Below, piece after piece: positions 6,397 through 6,407 of a stretch of 6,407 nt of DNA. Every line of letters starts with the position of its first letter. Position 1 is the first letter of the stretch. A model generated the notes under the pieces. It saw only the letters and a list, made by a program, of their open reading frames with translations, was not told where the DNA came from and searched no databases. Source of the stretch: a virus (lineage: Duplodnaviria; Heunggongvirae; Uroviricota; Caudoviricetes); IMG/VR virus record IMGVR_UViG_648276668_000001, positions 1-6,407 of that record; one strand, written 5' to 3'. Both the position numbers and the translations under genes were made by a program.

Positions 6397-6407
6397 TTGG
6401 CTGATGC

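Overview
This window reads as the distal tail-fibre region of a lambda-like (lambdoid) phage or prophage, with every gene on the + strand. It contains: the 3' part of the host-specificity (J-type) tail-tip gene, running in from the left edge; an intrinsic terminator; a large side-tail-fibre gene (stf-like) with a lambda-Stf-like N-terminus, an Ala/Ser/Thr/Lys-rich tandem-repeat shaft, and a distal region ending in a concanavalin/LamG-like motif; a translationally coupled 93-aa highly acidic ORF; a 346-aa ORF with a C-terminal self-cleaving intramolecular-chaperone (peptidase S74-type) domain; a small three-helix membrane ORF; and a start-less remnant encoding only the conserved C-terminus of a tail-fibre-assembly protein (tfa). 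The most interesting feature is the apparent module replacement: the usual stf distal end and most of tfa seem to have been swapped for a lower-GC cassette of four genes, with no lom gene between J and stf. All family assignments rest on motif recognition and recollection of lambda proteins, not on any database search.
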